Origin: Negaprion brevirostris
Lineage: Eukaryota
Reading direction: 5' to 3'
Length of the DNA: 64,000 nt
Assembly: GCA_030324005.1 (NCBI GenBank)
Contig: JARDVH010000042.1
Coordinates: 82,023,337-82,087,336, forward strand
Positions within the stretch are counted from its first letter, which is position 1, and every line of letters begins with the position of its first letter. This document shows positions 62,949 through 64,000 of the stretch, piece by piece. Below the pieces are notes generated by a model. That model ran no database searches. It was not told the origin of the DNA and saw only the letters and a list, made by a program, of their open reading frames with translations. A program made the translations under genes and the position numbers.

Positions 62949-64000
62949 TAATGCCACAGCAATTAATTACTAACCCTTTGCCACCCTGACTGAAAGCATT
63001 ACTTGATAGTGTATTTTTTTGCCAGGCTGCATACACTGTTCTTTGGCTCTGAATTAACAGATACAAATTTTTACGCATCATGTGTACACATGGGCAGTCT
63101 AATTAGTTGTTGAACAATGGGCTGATTTTCAAAGGTCTGGCAACTGTATGGGCCATAACAGATTTTGTGATCTTTTTTGAACTGCAATTTGCATATGCTG
63201 GACTGAAAGCTTCACACATGCTCACAGATTACACATTTTTTTGTAATCAAAGGTTATATAGAATTAATCTTGTCAAAATAAATCACTGTATAATTAGCAA
63301 GAACTGATCACTAAAGTCATGACTTTGTATCAGGATTTGTCAGGCTCTTTGGTAAGCACGGGTCAACCAAATTGGTTTGGCATCCAAATATGTATCCACA
63401 CCCCTCGATCTGTATTACATGTCATTCAGGTTTTCTTTTTAATTTTTCTCAGGGCAAAATTGAAGTCAGATATTGAGATTTGATATGTTTTCTATTAAGT
63501 TCATGCATAAGCCATGAAATTTTGCTATTTTTCATCCTAGCCAACCATGTGATTGAAATTCCACTGTGCAATATTAGTAGTATGTTCTCATGAAATTCCC
63601 CTGTTCTGCAATTTTAGTAAAGGTAGCAACTCATTAAAAAAAATGCTTCCATTAAAAGGCAAATACATTTGGTACAAACATGTTCATTACTAATCAAACA
63701 AAGCATATTCCGCCTACATAATATTTAACCAAGAAAATAGTGAAAACATGATATACCCTTGATACTCAGGAGTGGTGGGTATTTCTACTTTAATTAGAAA
63801 CACAATTTAGTAAAATCTTTCAAACTGCAGATGTTTGTTAATGACATAAATTACTTTTTGAGAAAATGAAAGACTCAAAAGTCCAACCTTGTTAAGGTTT
63901 GCAACCATGAATAAACCTCTCATCTACCCCCACATATATGTACCCTTGTGGTGGCAGATGATGTTTTCTCTTCAATAATCATTCATTTATATTTTGTAAA

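Noticed and set aside
963-63307. Remaining short ORFs in the six-frame track
   Set aside because: They are chance ORFs, TE fragments or N-spanning artefacts with no recognisable domains. No CRISPR array, rRNA or operon-like structure exists in this eukaryotic window.

Overview
This is eukaryotic vertebrate DNA, not prokaryotic. The repeat content (HE1-like V-SINEs, CR1/HER1-like LINEs, Deu-domain SINEs, Tx1, Rex1/Babar, Harbinger fossils and MITEs) points to a cartilaginous fish, most likely a shark (inference). The window covers the 3' half of the sex-determination gene dmrt1 on the + strand. Three coding exons with canonical, phase-compatible splice sites are present: 19575-19861, 31465-31639 and 62654-62802 (stop), followed by a 3'UTR with AATAAA signals. 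The DM-domain exons lie upstream, outside the window. Nearly everything else is intron filled with decayed transposons and some non-repetitive, enhancer-like blocks. The most interesting signals are candidate alternative exons not in the canonical five-exon dmrt1 model: a frame-preserving 21-nt microexon (22345-22365) with UGC and RBFOX motifs, an alternative last exon at 46046 with branch point, stop and tandem poly(A) signals, and an in-frame internal donor in exon 3. There is also an LF-SINE-like element. No database searches were run. Repeat boundaries are approximate and family names come from recognition of remembered consensus features. I found no convincing wholly new multi-gene system.
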